Positions 34,729-43,850 of a stretch of DNA of 43,850 nt are shown here, piece by piece (positions within the stretch are counted from its first letter, which is position 1; every line of letters begins with the position of its first letter). The notes under the pieces were generated by a model. The model was not told where the DNA came from. It was given only the letters and a program-made list of their open reading frames with translations, and made no database searches. This DNA comes from Modestobacter sp. (lineage in GTDB: Bacteria; Actinomycetota; Actinomycetes; Mycobacteriales; Geodermatophilaceae). Both the position numbers and the translations under genes were made by a program. The stretch is from the NCBI GenBank assembly GCA_025963425.1, contig JAOPUQ010000009.1, positions 1 to 43,850 on the forward strand. The letters are read 5' to 3'.

Positions 34729-35640
34729 TCAGCTCAGGACGAGCCCGGCGACCCCCGTCAGGACGAGCAGCGCCCCGATGACCGTCGACAGCCCGACCGC
34801 CTCGGTGCGACGCAGGAAGACCAGGCTGATCGGTAGCACGACGATCGGCACTGCGGCCGAGATCACGACGGCGACCGCGACGGGGATGAACAGGCTGGCG
34901 GCGATCAGGCAGGTCTGCGCGCTGATGGTCAGCACGCCGGACAGGAGCCACAGGCGCCGGCCCCCGGCATCAGCGCTCCGCACGGCGGAGCGGAGCTTGC
35001 GGAGGTCCGTGCTCACCAGCGCATAGACCACCAGGCCCGCGGTCGCCCCGACGAGGCTCCCGACCACGGGGGCCGCCCAGTCCCGGACCCCTGCGCCGCG
35101 GGCGACGTTGCCCAGGCCGTACGCGGCGGCTCCCAGGAGCGCCAGCCCGATCTCCGGCACCGGCACGGACCGGTGGCCCGTCGTCCGCCGGTCCCCTCCG
35201 CTCCGGCCGGGGCGCCGGGAGGTGAGGAAGAGGCCCGCCAGGACGGCCAGGCCACAGAGCACGGCCACCGGTCGCAGTTCCTCGCCGAGCAGGACCCAGG
35301 CGGCCAACGCCGCGAACAGCGGGTTGGTGATCTGCAGCGCGCTGGCCCGGGTCGGGCCGATCGTGGTCACCGACCGGAAGAAGAACCAGCGGCCGAGGTA
35401 GGAGGTCAGCAGACCACCCACCGCGAAGAGCGCCAGGGCGTCCCACTCGGGCGACAGCGACTGCCCACCGAGCACGCTCTGGCCGAGCACGACGAGCCCG
35501 GCGAACCCGACGTTGCTGCCCAGCGCCAGGAGGAAGCCGAGATCCTGCGGCACCCGGCGCGTCGCCGCGCCGACGAGCAGGACGTTCGCGCTGAACAGCA
35601 GGAGCGATGCGACCGCCAGCAGCTCACCCGGCACGGGCAC
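34729..35640 (-). CDS. EamA/DMT family transporter
   Basis: About 10 TM in two repeats; IGPTRAS.L....PLFAAL.A..LLGE. Confidence 0.9.
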   Translation of the reverse strand: MPVPGELLAVASLLLFSANVLLVGAATRRVPQDLGFLLALGSNVGFAGLVVLGQSVLGGQSLSPEWDALALFAVGGLLTSYLGRWFFFRSVTTIGPTRASALQITNPLFAALAAWVLLGEELRPVAVLCGLAVLAGLFLTSRRPGRSGGDRRTTGHRSVPVPEIGLALLGAAAYGLGNVARGAGVRDWAAPVVGSLVGATAGLVVYALVSTDLRKLRSAVRSADAGGRRLWLLSGVLTISAQTCLIAASLFIPVAVAVVISAAVPIVVLPISLVFLRRTEAVGLSTVIGALLVLTGVAGLVLS

Positions 35641-35685
35641 CCCGGGATGGACGGGGGCCCCGGGGCGCCCTGGAGGACCGGCCGG

Positions 35686-37137
35686 TCACCGGGGAGGCGA
35701 GTCGACGCGGCGGCGGAGGCTCCGGTCGGCCACGGTGACCACCACGAGCACGAACCCCACCGCACTGAAGACCCAGCCCAGGACGTGCAGGCCCGGATCA
35801 CCGACGCCGGGGGCGTAGGCGAGGCCGGTGATGCTCGTGGCGATCATCGCCCCGGTGTACTGAGCCGTGCGGGACAGCCCGATCGCGGCGCCCACCTGCT
35901 CGAGGGGGGCGGCCCGGTAGACCACGACCTGGTTGGCGACCTGGCCCATCCCGTTGGGCAGTCCGAACACCGCGACCACGCAGGCCAGGACGGCGATCGA
36001 TGCGGCCGAGTCGAGCACCGTCAGGGCCAAGCTGCCGGCCAGCACGCCCAGGGCCGGGACGAGCAACGGCCACAGCGGCCGGGACCCACGGACGGCGACG
36101 AGCGAGGCGAGCGTCCCCACGGCCGACATCCCGAGCAGCAGCATCCCCGCGGCGGTGGCGGACAGGCCCCGTCCCTCCTGCAGCCACGGCGTCACTCCGA
36201 ACAGCACGCCGTACACGACGAGGAAGGTGAGCGCCACCCGTAGGTAGGTGACCGGGAGTGGCAGGTTGCGCGCGAGCATCCGGATGTCCAGGAACGGAGA
36301 TCGGGACCGCAGCTCGGTCAGGACCAGGAGCAGGAGACAGCCGGCCAGGCCCAGGACGAGGAGCCACGGTGGGCGCGGGAGCTCGGTGAGGACGAGGAGC
36401 AGGAGGGTCACCGTTCCGCTGAAGAGGGCGACCCCCGGGACGTCCAGCAGCCGCCAGGCGGCCACCGTCCGGTTCCGCGGGCGCGACCGCGGGAGGTACA
36501 GCACCCCGAGGGCGGTCACCAGGAGGCCGAGAGGGGCGTTGACCGCGAAGACCGCCCGCCACCCCACCGTGTCCACCAGGACGCCGCCGATCGGCGGCCC
36601 GACCGTCAGGGTGACCAGGCTGGCGGTGTTGAGCAGGCCGAGGACGCGGGCCGGAGCCGGCACCCCGAGCCGATCCGCCTGCTCCCGGACCATGGCGACC
36701 GCCGCCGGGTAGAGGGCGCCCGTGCCCAGGCCGACCACCGCGCGGGCGGCGACGAGCCAGCCGAACGTCGGACCCAGCGCACCGACCACCCCGGCGACCG
36801 CCACCAGCACGCCACCGGCCAGGAAGACCCGGCGAGGGCCGAACTGGTCGGCCAGCCGGCCCGCGACGGGCTGGCCGATCGCGCTGGTCAGGTACATCAC
36901 CGACACCAGCCAGGCCGTCGCTCCCGCCCCGACGCCGAACTCCCGTCCGATCGGCGACAGCGCGGTCGCGATCATGGTCGAGTTGACCGGGTTCAACACG
37001 GCGCCCGCGCACAGCGGGACCAGCAACCGCGGCCCGAGGTCCCGCGCCCGCCGGGCGGCCGCCGTCCGGGCGGGGTGCCGACCGGTACGAGGGGACGCCC
37101 CCGCCGCGTCGCCGGCGTCGTGGACGGAAGCCGTCAC
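35686..37137 (-). CDS. MFS transporter (DHA2-like)
   Basis: LNPVNSTMIATAL, GRLADQFGPRRVF, GPPIGG.L, GWRAVF.VN.P; GTGA overlap with the upstream aldolase. Confidence 0.92.
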   Translation of the reverse strand: MTASVHDAGDAAGASPRTGRHPARTAAARRARDLGPRLLVPLCAGAVLNPVNSTMIATALSPIGREFGVGAGATAWLVSVMYLTSAIGQPVAGRLADQFGPRRVFLAGGVLVAVAGVVGALGPTFGWLVAARAVVGLGTGALYPAAVAMVREQADRLGVPAPARVLGLLNTASLVTLTVGPPIGGVLVDTVGWRAVFAVNAPLGLLVTALGVLYLPRSRPRNRTVAAWRLLDVPGVALFSGTVTLLLLVLTELPRPPWLLVLGLAGCLLLLVLTELRSRSPFLDIRMLARNLPLPVTYLRVALTFLVVYGVLFGVTPWLQEGRGLSATAAGMLLLGMSAVGTLASLVAVRGSRPLWPLLVPALGVLAGSLALTVLDSAASIAVLACVVAVFGLPNGMGQVANQVVVYRAAPLEQVGAAIGLSRTAQYTGAMIATSITGLAYAPGVGDPGLHVLGWVFSAVGFVLVVVTVADRSLRRRVDSPPR

Positions 37138-37823
37138 GCGGGCAACTGGCGGACCAGATGGTCCCAGACCGCGGACACGGCCCGCGCGTTGTAGATGTTC
37201 TCCCGCTTGGCCAGGGACTCCTCCGGCGGCGACCAGGTCGGCCACCCGCCGGCGGACTGGGTGAGGATCTGCTGGGCACACGCCCGCTCGAGCAGGACGG
37301 CGGCCACGGTCGCCTCCTGCAGCGTCGGCCCGACGGCGACGATGCCGTGGTTGACCAGGAAGACCGCCCGGGCGTCCGCCAGCGTGAGCGCCACGGAGCG
37401 CCCCAGCTCCGGGGTGAGGACGAGGTCGGCGGTGTCGGTGAACCGCGGCACCGCGGGCGGCACGAAGTAGTTGGCCGCATGACTGACCGGGCGCAGCGGC
37501 TGCCCGGTGGCCGCCAGGGCGACGGCGTGCGGCGGGTGGGTGTGCACGACCGCCCCGACGTCCGGCCGTGCCGCCATGATCTCGGTGTGGATCGGGTACT
37601 CGCTGTGCCGGGGTCCGCCGCCGGACAGCACGGTGCCGTCCGGGTCGACCAGGTGCACCCGGTCCGCGGTGACCTCGTCCAGGCTCCACTCGGCGGACTT
37701 GATCCAGACGCCCCGGCCCTCGGCGTCGCGCACCGAGGCATGTCCCCAGATCAGGTCGCCGTGCCCGGCCGCAGCCAGGACCCGGGACGACGTGGCGACC
37801 AGCTCGCGGACGTCGATGCTCAA
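37134..37823 (-). CDS. Class II aldolase/adducin family protein (second copy)
   Basis: WGHASVR, SEYPIHTEI..ARPDV.AVVHTHP, LVNHG. AAGGAG RBS before TTG. Confidence 0.9.
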   Translation of the reverse strand: MSIDVRELVATSSRVLAAAGHGDLIWGHASVRDAEGRGVWIKSAEWSLDEVTADRVHLVDPDGTVLSGGGPRHSEYPIHTEIMAARPDVGAVVHTHPPHAVALAATGQPLRPVSHAANYFVPPAVPRFTDTADLVLTPELGRSVALTLADARAVFLVNHGIVAVGPTLQEATVAAVLLERACAQQILTQSAGGWPTWSPPEESLAKRENIYNARAVSAVWDHLVRQLPA

Positions 37824-37869
37824 CGCAGGGTCTCCTTATCGACGAGGTGCCCCGCGACGACCGCGGAGC

Positions 37870-38664
37870 TCAGAGCAGGAGGTGGTCGATCTCCTCGGCC
37901 GCCGCGGTGAGGCGCCCGAGGATGGCCTGGCGGGTGTCGGTGCTCATCCGGCTGACCGGCACCGAGGCGTTGACCGCCAACCGCGGCGCGCGGGTGGAGT
38001 GCAGCGCGACGGCGATCGAGCTGACCCCCTCCTCGCTCTCCTCCTCGCTGCTGGCGAAGCCCTGGGCGCGGATCTGCTCCAGGACCTCCAGCAGCCGGGT
38101 GCGGGTGCCCACCGAGTGCGGGGTGAGCTGGACCAGCTGCTCGTCCGGGTAGAGCTGGAACAGCTCGGCCTCCGACAGGGTGGCCAGCAGGGCCTTTCCC
38201 GTGGACGTGCAGTGCGCGGGCATCGCCCGGCCCAGCCGGTTGCCCACCCGCAGCGCGCGGGTGCTCTCGATCGAGTCGATGAAGTGGACGTCGCCGCCCT
38301 CCAGACGGCCGAGGTGCACCGTCTCCTGCAGCTCGGCGTTGAGCCGCTCCAGAACGGGCCGGGCCCGGGTCCGCACGTCCAGCCTGCGCAGGACGCCGAA
38401 GGCGAGGTTGTCCAGGGTCGGACCGGGCACGTAGCTGCGTGTGGCGCTGTCCTGGCGCACGAAGCCCCGGAACTGCAGCATCGCCAGCAGCCGGTGCGCC
38501 GTGGACGACGCCACGCCCAGGTACTGACTGACGTCGGTCAGCCGCAGCTTGGGTCGTTCCCCGAGCAAGAGGAGCACCCGCAGCGCGTTGTCGACGGACT
38601 CGATCGGGTACTGCGGTGTGCCCCCGTACTCCGGCGCAGGTGGATATCCCTCGACCTCGTCCAT
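37870..38664 (-). CDS. phtR: IclR-family regulator of the phthalate operon
   Basis: IESVDNALRVL...LGVASSTAHRLL, ETVHL, PAHCTSTGKALLA; located after the phtC-like gene. Confidence 0.85.
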   Translation of the reverse strand: MDEVEGYPPAPEYGGTPQYPIESVDNALRVLLLLGERPKLRLTDVSQYLGVASSTAHRLLAMLQFRGFVRQDSATRSYVPGPTLDNLAFGVLRRLDVRTRARPVLERLNAELQETVHLGRLEGGDVHFIDSIESTRALRVGNRLGRAMPAHCTSTGKALLATLSEAELFQLYPDEQLVQLTPHSVGTRTRLLEVLEQIRAQGFASSEEESEEGVSSIAVALHSTRAPRLAVNASVPVSRMSTDTRQAILGRLTAAAEEIDHLLL

Positions 38665-38696
38665 GGCCCGAGGCTACGTGGCGTCTGCTGTGCAGA
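38665..38696 (-). promoter_or_regulatory. Probable leaderless promoter of phtR with a palindromic operator
   Basis: TAGCCT (38671-38676) lies 6 nt before the ATG; TCTGC-N3-GCAGA at 38684-38696. Confidence 0.5.
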
Positions 38697-38738
38697 GAAA
38701 CGTGCGGTTGACCCCATCGAGGTGCACGGTGCATGCGC

Positions 38739-39455
38739 TCAGCCCAGCCGGGCCAGCTCGTGCCGCCAGGCGGTCGCATGGTTGAAGGCGCCACCGAGGT
38801 CGGGCAGCTCGGCCATGTCCTCGGCGGGCAGGTCGCGCAGCTCGCCGCCGGCCGAGACGATCGTCAGGGAGAGCCGGGCGATCTGGTCCACCGAGATCGC
38901 CCGCAGCACCGCCTCGGGCACACTGCCCCCGCTGCTGGTCAGCCCGTGACCGCGCAGCACGACGACCGGCCGGTCACCCATGGCCTGCACCATCTCCGCG
39001 GCCAGCCGGCGGTCGCGGACCAGCACGCCCCGCGGGTAGACCGGCACCCCGCCTGCGGCGAGCTTGGTGCCGGGCATGTCGAAGGCGCCGATGATCGGCC
39101 GGATTGCCAGCCCCGCCAGATCCGCGGCCACCACGGCCGGCGGATGCGCGTGCACCACCGTCTGCACCTCGGGGCGGGCGCGCAGCACCTCGGTGTGCAG
39201 CGGCAGCTCGTTGGGCGGGGTCCAGCCGTCCAGCTCGCCGGCGGCACCGGGCTGACCGTCGAAGGTCACCAGGTGCACGTCGTCCGGGGTCGTCCAGGCC
39301 AGGCCCCGCTCCTGCGGCCCACGGCAGCGGACCAGGAGGCGGTCCGCGTCGACCCGCAGGCTGATGTGCCCGAGGTAGCCCTCGGCCAACCCGCGGGCGG
39401 CGAGCACCCGGCAGGCGTCGGCGATGAGCTGCCGCGACTCGTCGAGGTCGCTCAT
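38739..39455 (-). CDS. phtC: 3,4-dihydroxyphthalate decarboxylase-like (class II aldolase fold)
   Basis: LGHISLR, ELPLHTEV...RPEV..VVHAHP, LRGHG; ATGA-coupled to the reductase, in the phtC position of actinobacterial pht operons. Confidence 0.8.
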   Translation of the reverse strand: MSDLDESRQLIADACRVLAARGLAEGYLGHISLRVDADRLLVRCRGPQERGLAWTTPDDVHLVTFDGQPGAAGELDGWTPPNELPLHTEVLRARPEVQTVVHAHPPAVVAADLAGLAIRPIIGAFDMPGTKLAAGGVPVYPRGVLVRDRRLAAEMVQAMGDRPVVVLRGHGLTSSGGSVPEAVLRAISVDQIARLSLTIVSAGGELRDLPAEDMAELPDLGGAFNHATAWRHELARLG

Positions 39456-40714
39456 GCCGGCGCTCCCGCCGTCCGGGCCGGGGCGGCGGCCAGCGCCTCG
39501 ACCTGGGTGACCGCCGCGGCGAAGGTCGAGCCCGCAGCCACCAGGCGGCGACAGGTCACCAGGGCCTTGGGCCAGTTCACGGTCACCGCGGCGATGAGCT
39601 GCCCGTCTGCCCCGCGGTAGAGCGCCGCGAAGCGGGGCCGGTCGGCCGCCGGGTCGCCGACGAGGTGGTGTTCGGTCGCCCGGTGCGGCCGGCCGACGAT
39701 CTGGATCGTCCAGTCGTACTGGTCGCTCCACACGTACTCCACGGGCCGGTCGGCGCGCAGGTCGTCGGGGTGGGCGATGTTGTGGGCCACGCAGACCGCC
39801 TGGTCGACGGCGTTGGTCCAGTGCTCCACCCGGATGTGCTCGCCGCGGTCGGGGTGGAACCAGCGGGCGACGTCACCGACCGCGTGCACGGCGGGGGCGT
39901 CGACGGCGCGGCAGAACTCGTCGCACACGACACCGTTCTCCACCAGCAGGCCGGAGTCGGCCAGCCACCCGTCGTTGGGCGTGGCGCCGATGCCTACCAC
40001 CACGGTGCCGGCGGTGAGCTCCGTGCCGTCGGTGAGCACCACCCGCAGGTTCCCCGCCTCGCCCTCGACCGACTCGACGCCCGTCCCGAACCGGGTGGCG
40101 ACGCCGTGCCGTCGGTGCAGCTCGGCGAAGTGGGAGCCCACCGCGGCGCCCACCACCCGGCCGATCGGCACCGGCAGCGGATCGACGACGGTGACCTCGC
40201 GGCCCAGCGACCGCGCCGTGGCGGCCACCTCCGCGCCGATGAACCCGCCCCCGACGACCACCACATGATCGTCGCGGCGCAGGTCGGCCTGCAGCGACTC
40301 GCTGTCGCTCATCGTGCGGACGACGTGCACCCCCGACCGGGCCGCCCACGGGGACGGGCGGGCGGCCGCACCCGTCGCGATCACCACAGCGTCGTAGTCC
40401 AGTCGCTGACCGTCGGCGAGCACGACCTGCCGGCCGGCGACGTCCAGCCGCTCGGCGGCGACCCCCAACCGCAGCTCGATGCCGGCCTGGTCCGCGGTGG
40501 CCTCGGTGAGCAGGGCGACCCGCTCGGTGCCCCAGCTGCCGGCGAGGAACTGCTTGGACAGCGGGGGCTTGTCGTAGGGAAGCCGGGCCTCGTCACCCAC
40601 GAGCACGACCCGGCCGCCGAAGCCCTCGCTGCGCAGCGCCTGGGCGGTACGCACGCCGCCGACCGAGGAGCCCACGACGACGACCGTGCGTACCGAGCTC
40701 GCGGGCTCGCTCAC
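39452..40714 (-). CDS. phtAd: Ferredoxin reductase (glutathione-reductase type)
   Basis: PYDKPPLSK, IATGA, VVGGGFIGAEVA, AVGDVA, RVEHWTNA, WSDQY. Confidence 0.88.
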   Translation of the reverse strand: MSEPASSVRTVVVVGSSVGGVRTAQALRSEGFGGRVVLVGDEARLPYDKPPLSKQFLAGSWGTERVALLTEATADQAGIELRLGVAAERLDVAGRQVVLADGQRLDYDAVVIATGAAARPSPWAARSGVHVVRTMSDSESLQADLRRDDHVVVVGGGFIGAEVAATARSLGREVTVVDPLPVPIGRVVGAAVGSHFAELHRRHGVATRFGTGVESVEGEAGNLRVVLTDGTELTAGTVVVGIGATPNDGWLADSGLLVENGVVCDEFCRAVDAPAVHAVGDVARWFHPDRGEHIRVEHWTNAVDQAVCVAHNIAHPDDLRADRPVEYVWSDQYDWTIQIVGRPHRATEHHLVGDPAADRPRFAALYRGADGQLIAAVTVNWPKALVTCRRLVAAGSTFAAAVTQVEALAAAPARTAGAPA

Positions 40715-40908
40715 GAGTCCTCGACGGTCAACGCGGACACCGGGCAGCTGCGGGCGGCCTCCTCGATCCGGGGCCGCTCCTCGTCGGTGATCTCCTGCTT
40801 GAGCAGGACCACGACACCGTCGTCGTCGATGTCGTAGGCGTCGGGGGCACCGGTGATGCAGTTGCCGTATCCCTGGCATGCCTCGAAGTCGGCCTTGAGC
40901 ACGGGCAC
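40711..40908 (-). CDS. phtAc: [3Fe-4S]-type ferredoxin
   Basis: CQGYGNC...CPVSAL; GAGAGG RBS. Confidence 0.88.
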   Translation of the reverse strand: MPVLKADFEACQGYGNCITGAPDAYDIDDDGVVVLLKQEITDEERPRIEEAARSCPVSALTVEDS

Positions 40909-40936
40909 GGTTCTCAGTCCTCTCGCGTGGGTGTCG

Positions 40937-41740
40937 TCAGGAACGCTTCTTGGGGGCGGCGACACCGACCCCGCCGTCGGGGTGGACCGAGCCGCCGGTG
41001 ATCCCGCGGGCCCGGTCGGACGCCAGGAAGACGTAGCTCCAGGCGTGGTCCTCGCCGGACAGGGCCACCTGCAGCGGCACCCGGGCGGCCATCTCCGCAG
41101 CGCGGTTGGGCGTGGCGCCGAGACTGCGCTCGTCCAGCCCGAGGCTGGGCAGACCGCGCAGGTCGGTGCCGAGCGTGCCGCCCGGCGCCACCCCGTTGAC
41201 CCGGACCTCCGGGGCGAGGTCGTGGGCCAGCGCGGTGACCAGACCGCGGACGGCGAACTTCGACGACAGGTACAGCACCCCGCCGCGTCCGGCGTAGTAG
41301 GCCGACGTGGACTCGGTGAGCAGGATCGAACCCCGGCCGGACTCCTTGAGCGCCGGCAGTGCCGCCTTCACCGCGTGCAGGTGGCTCTTCACGTTGGGGT
41401 GGAACATCTCGTCGAACGCCGCGTCGATGACATCGGCCTCGAGGTCTTCGATGCTCCGGTAGAAGTCGAAGATCCCGACGCAGCTGACCAGCACGTCCAG
41501 GCCGCCGAAGGCGCCGACCGCGGCGGCGACCGCCTCCTCGTTGGCCGCCCGGGTGGTCGCGTCGCCGACGGTGACCGGGACGTCGGGCAGCGCCTCGGCC
41601 AGCGCCTCGCACTTGTCGGCGTCCCGCTCGAGGACGGCGACCCGCGCGCCCTCGGTCAGGAAGGCGTCGACCACGGCCCGGCCGATGCCCGACCCGGCGC
41701 CGACGACGAGGGCGCGTTTTCCCTCCAGCCACCGGTTCAC
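40937..41740 (-). CDS. phtB: cis-dihydrodiol dehydrogenase (SDR, BphB/HcaB-like)
   Basis: GAGSGIG, GIFDF, NVKS, GGVLYLSSK, RVNGVAPG. Confidence 0.88.
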   Translation of the reverse strand: MNRWLEGKRALVVGAGSGIGRAVVDAFLTEGARVAVLERDADKCEALAEALPDVPVTVGDATTRAANEEAVAAAVGAFGGLDVLVSCVGIFDFYRSIEDLEADVIDAAFDEMFHPNVKSHLHAVKAALPALKESGRGSILLTESTSAYYAGRGGVLYLSSKFAVRGLVTALAHDLAPEVRVNGVAPGGTLGTDLRGLPSLGLDERSLGATPNRAAEMAARVPLQVALSGEDHAWSYVFLASDRARGITGGSVHPDGGVGVAAPKKRS

Positions 41741-42117
41741 TGGCTGCCGCCTTCCGGCAGGTCCCGCACCGGCTCGTCCCCGCCCTGGGTGATGCCGCCT
41801 TCGATGACGCCCCCCGTCTCCTCGGGGACCAGCGGACCGAACGGGTTGCCGATCATCGCGGAGAAGGTGGCGGTGTTCTGCCAGGTCAGCGACTCCAGCT
41901 CGAGGGGGTCCAGCGACACCCACTGCCCGGACTTCGGCGACTCGATCACCAGCCGGGAGCCGTTGCGGGTGTCGACCCGGACCACACGCACCTCGGCGAA
42001 CTCGTTGGCGATGGTGATCGCGTCGCCGCGGGCGCCCTCCAGCAGCGCATCGTGCTCGGCCGCCGAGCGGCGGGCGGCCCGTGCGTCCTCCTGCTCGCCC
42101 TCCCAATGCAGGGTCAC
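41737..42117 (-). CDS. Small accessory protein of actinobacterial ring-hydroxylating dioxygenase operons
   Basis: GTGA overlaps at both ends; IANEFAEVRV..VDTRNGSRL.I.SP.SGQW.SLDPLELESLTWQ. Confidence 0.82.
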   Translation of the reverse strand: MTLHWEGEQEDARAARRSAAEHDALLEGARGDAITIANEFAEVRVVRVDTRNGSRLVIESPKSGQWVSLDPLELESLTWQNTATFSAMIGNPFGPLVPEETGGVIEGGITQGGDEPVRDLPEGGSQ

Positions 42118-42722
42118 AGGAAGATCGCCAGGTTCTGCATCCGCATGACCGCGTCGTCGACGAGGATCGTGCGTCGGGCCAGCTTCCAGCCGGCCCCGGT
42201 GCGCCGGAGCAGGTCCTCCCGCCCGGCGGAGATGAAGGAGCCCTCGCGGACGTCGCCCCGGCTGCGGAACAGCAGGGTCGCCGAGTCCACGACCAGGTGG
42301 TCGGGGTCCCCGGTGGCGAAGGTGCGCACGTTGGACAGGTGGTGCCGCAGCCGGGACGGCGGGTCCTCGGTCCAGGCGTGCTCGGTGAGGAAGCGGGCCA
42401 CCCGGCGGGACAGGGAGTACTTGTCCTCGTCGAAGTGGGCCATCCCCTGCGAGGTGTCGAAGCCTGCGCCGAGGGCGGTGGTGACCCGGACGGGCATCAG
42501 GTAGTGGATGTCCTCGGTGAGCAGCTCCAGCCACTCCTCGTAGGCCTGCGCGTCGAGGAGGTAGGCCTCGTCCACGAGCCACTGGTGGGCCTGGAGGTGA
42601 CGCTCGTCGGAGAACGGCAGCGTCGTCCCGGTCCGTGCGACGCGGGAGGCGTGCCCACCGAGCACCGAACGGGCGCTGTGCGTCTGCCCGGGCGTGGGAG
42701 CCCTGCCGGCTGGGGCGCTCAT
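42114..42722 (-). CDS. phtAb: Ring-hydroxylating dioxygenase beta subunit
   Basis: WLVDEAYLLD..YEEWL..L.EDIHY.MP, WTEDPPSRLRH..SNV, REDLLR..WKLARR.I..D. Confidence 0.9.
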   Translation of the reverse strand: MSAPAGRAPTPGQTHSARSVLGGHASRVARTGTTLPFSDERHLQAHQWLVDEAYLLDAQAYEEWLELLTEDIHYLMPVRVTTALGAGFDTSQGMAHFDEDKYSLSRRVARFLTEHAWTEDPPSRLRHHLSNVRTFATGDPDHLVVDSATLLFRSRGDVREGSFISAGREDLLRRTGAGWKLARRTILVDDAVMRMQNLAIFL

Positions 42723-43850
42723 GCCTGCGCCACCGTCCGGTCCGCTCCCGCCGGGGTGCCCGCCGCGGCCGTGCCGGCAGTGGACACCGCGGCCGTGCCG
42801 GCCTGGACCTGCCCGGCGCCGCCGACCTCCACGGTGGAGGCGGCCCGCAGCGGCCGCTCGAGGTGGTCGGCCCACCGGGTGAGCAGCTCGCGCTGGTTGT
42901 ACTCGCTGTAGCCGGTGTGCGCGCTGCCCGGCCCGTGGAACTGGTCGGGGTCAGCGCCGGGACGACCTCGGTGCCGTCCTCCAGGATCCCCATCCGGCTG
43001 TTGAGCAGCAGCCGGCGGGCCATCGAGCCGGCGGCGGTGTTGGTCAGCGAGACCCAGTTCTCGACGTCGTCCTGCTCGAACATGCCGGTCGAGCCGAAGC
43101 ACATCAGGTAGGCCTTGTAGGACAGCGCCTTGAACTCCTCGGGCGCCTCGGCGTCCACGGCGAACCAGGACAGGACCTCGGTCTCGTTCTCGCTGATCGG
43201 TTGCCACTGGCGGATGGAGATGAACGGCAGCACGTCGTCGGACTCGGCGACCCGCGGCCAGTTGTGCACGAAGGACAGGTTCGGGAACACCGAGGCGGCC
43301 GAGATCATGAAGCCGTCCTCGCCGACGACCTTGAGCTGGTCCTCGGAGAGGGTGTCCTTCATCCGGTCGACCATCTCCTGCGGGTACCCGACGTAGCGGA
43401 AGCGCTCGTCGGTGTCGCCCGGGGGCAGCTTGTAGGTCGTGCCGCCGCCCGCGCCCGCCCAGTAGGTGCAGCCGTCCTTGCGCTTCTCGGCCTTCGGCTC
43501 GCGGAACAGCCCGATCTCCACGACCGACGTGTGGGTCTGCGGCGTGTGGTACATGTCGCCGGCGAAGTTCTCCGCGCCGATCTTCCAGTTGGCCTTCACC
43601 CGCCAGCGCTGCGGGCCCATCAGCTGGATGCCGCTCTTGCTCTGCTTGGTGTAGTAGTCCAGGTAGAAGCGGAAGTCGCCGAGGAAGTCCTCGAGCGGCT
43701 CGGCGTCCGGGTCCAGGTTGATGAAGATCAGGCCGTTGTAGGTGGCCAGGTTCGGCGCGGGCAGCAGCCGCTGCCCCTTGCGCTTGAATCCGGCCTCGCC
43801 GCCGTAGGCCTCCCGGTGGAACGGCAGGCCGACGATCCGGCCGTCATTGC
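42719..43850 (-). CDS. phtAa: Rieske dioxygenase alpha subunit, phthalate 3,4-dioxygenase-like; 5' end outside the window; frameshift at 42947-42950
   Basis: ANWKIGAENFAGDMYHTPQTH (mononuclear Fe ligands), VFPNLS, FGSTGMFEQDD.ENW; the C-terminus YSEYNQRELL.RWA is in another frame. The pht call rests mainly on the gene order Aa-Ab-orf-B-Ac-Ad-C-R. Confidence 0.82.

Noticed and set aside
41737-43620. 627-aa ORF appearing to fuse the dioxygenase alpha subunit to the small accessory protein
   Set aside because: Artefact of the frameshift at about 42948; the middle part is off-frame read-through over the beta-subunit gene.
1-43850. Many long Arg/Pro/Gly-rich ORFs overlapping the called genes (e.g. 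348-1796, 10354-11913, 17536-19092, 23149-25050, 35798-37741)
   Set aside because: Alternative-frame or antisense shadows caused by stop-codon scarcity in GC-rich DNA.

Overview
High-GC actinobacterial DNA; gene content and codon style suggest Geodermatophilaceae or a relative (inference). No rRNA, tRNA or CRISPR array was seen. Left to right: (1) an AraC pseudogene cut by nested IS30/IS3 scars, a GAF-like/LuxR regulator and two small ORFs. (2) A redox island: a P450, an internally duplicated 'HFARW' membrane protein and a DyP peroxidase converge on a second DyP plus an unusual three-part galactose-oxidase-like copper radical oxidase; DinB and an SBP56/methanethiol oxidase follow. (3) Transporters and small enzymes. 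(4) A glucose uptake to alpha-glucan module (glucokinase, glgC, glgA/glgM, sugar porter, second ROK kinase) followed by an EAL phosphodiesterase. (5) An envelope-stress-like block (DedA, response regulator, a broken and inverted two-component remnant, PepSY, phosphoesterase lipoprotein) with three TCAG-N7-ACAG boxes. (6) A HExxE protein/small protein pair. (7) A phthalate 3,4-dioxygenase-type operon (phtAa-Ab-orf-B-Ac-Ad-C-R) extended by a second class II aldolase, an MFS and an EamA transporter. The best candidate for an undescribed system is the haem/copper oxidase island at about 3.2-12 kb. All family calls come from motif recognition by eye; no database search was run.
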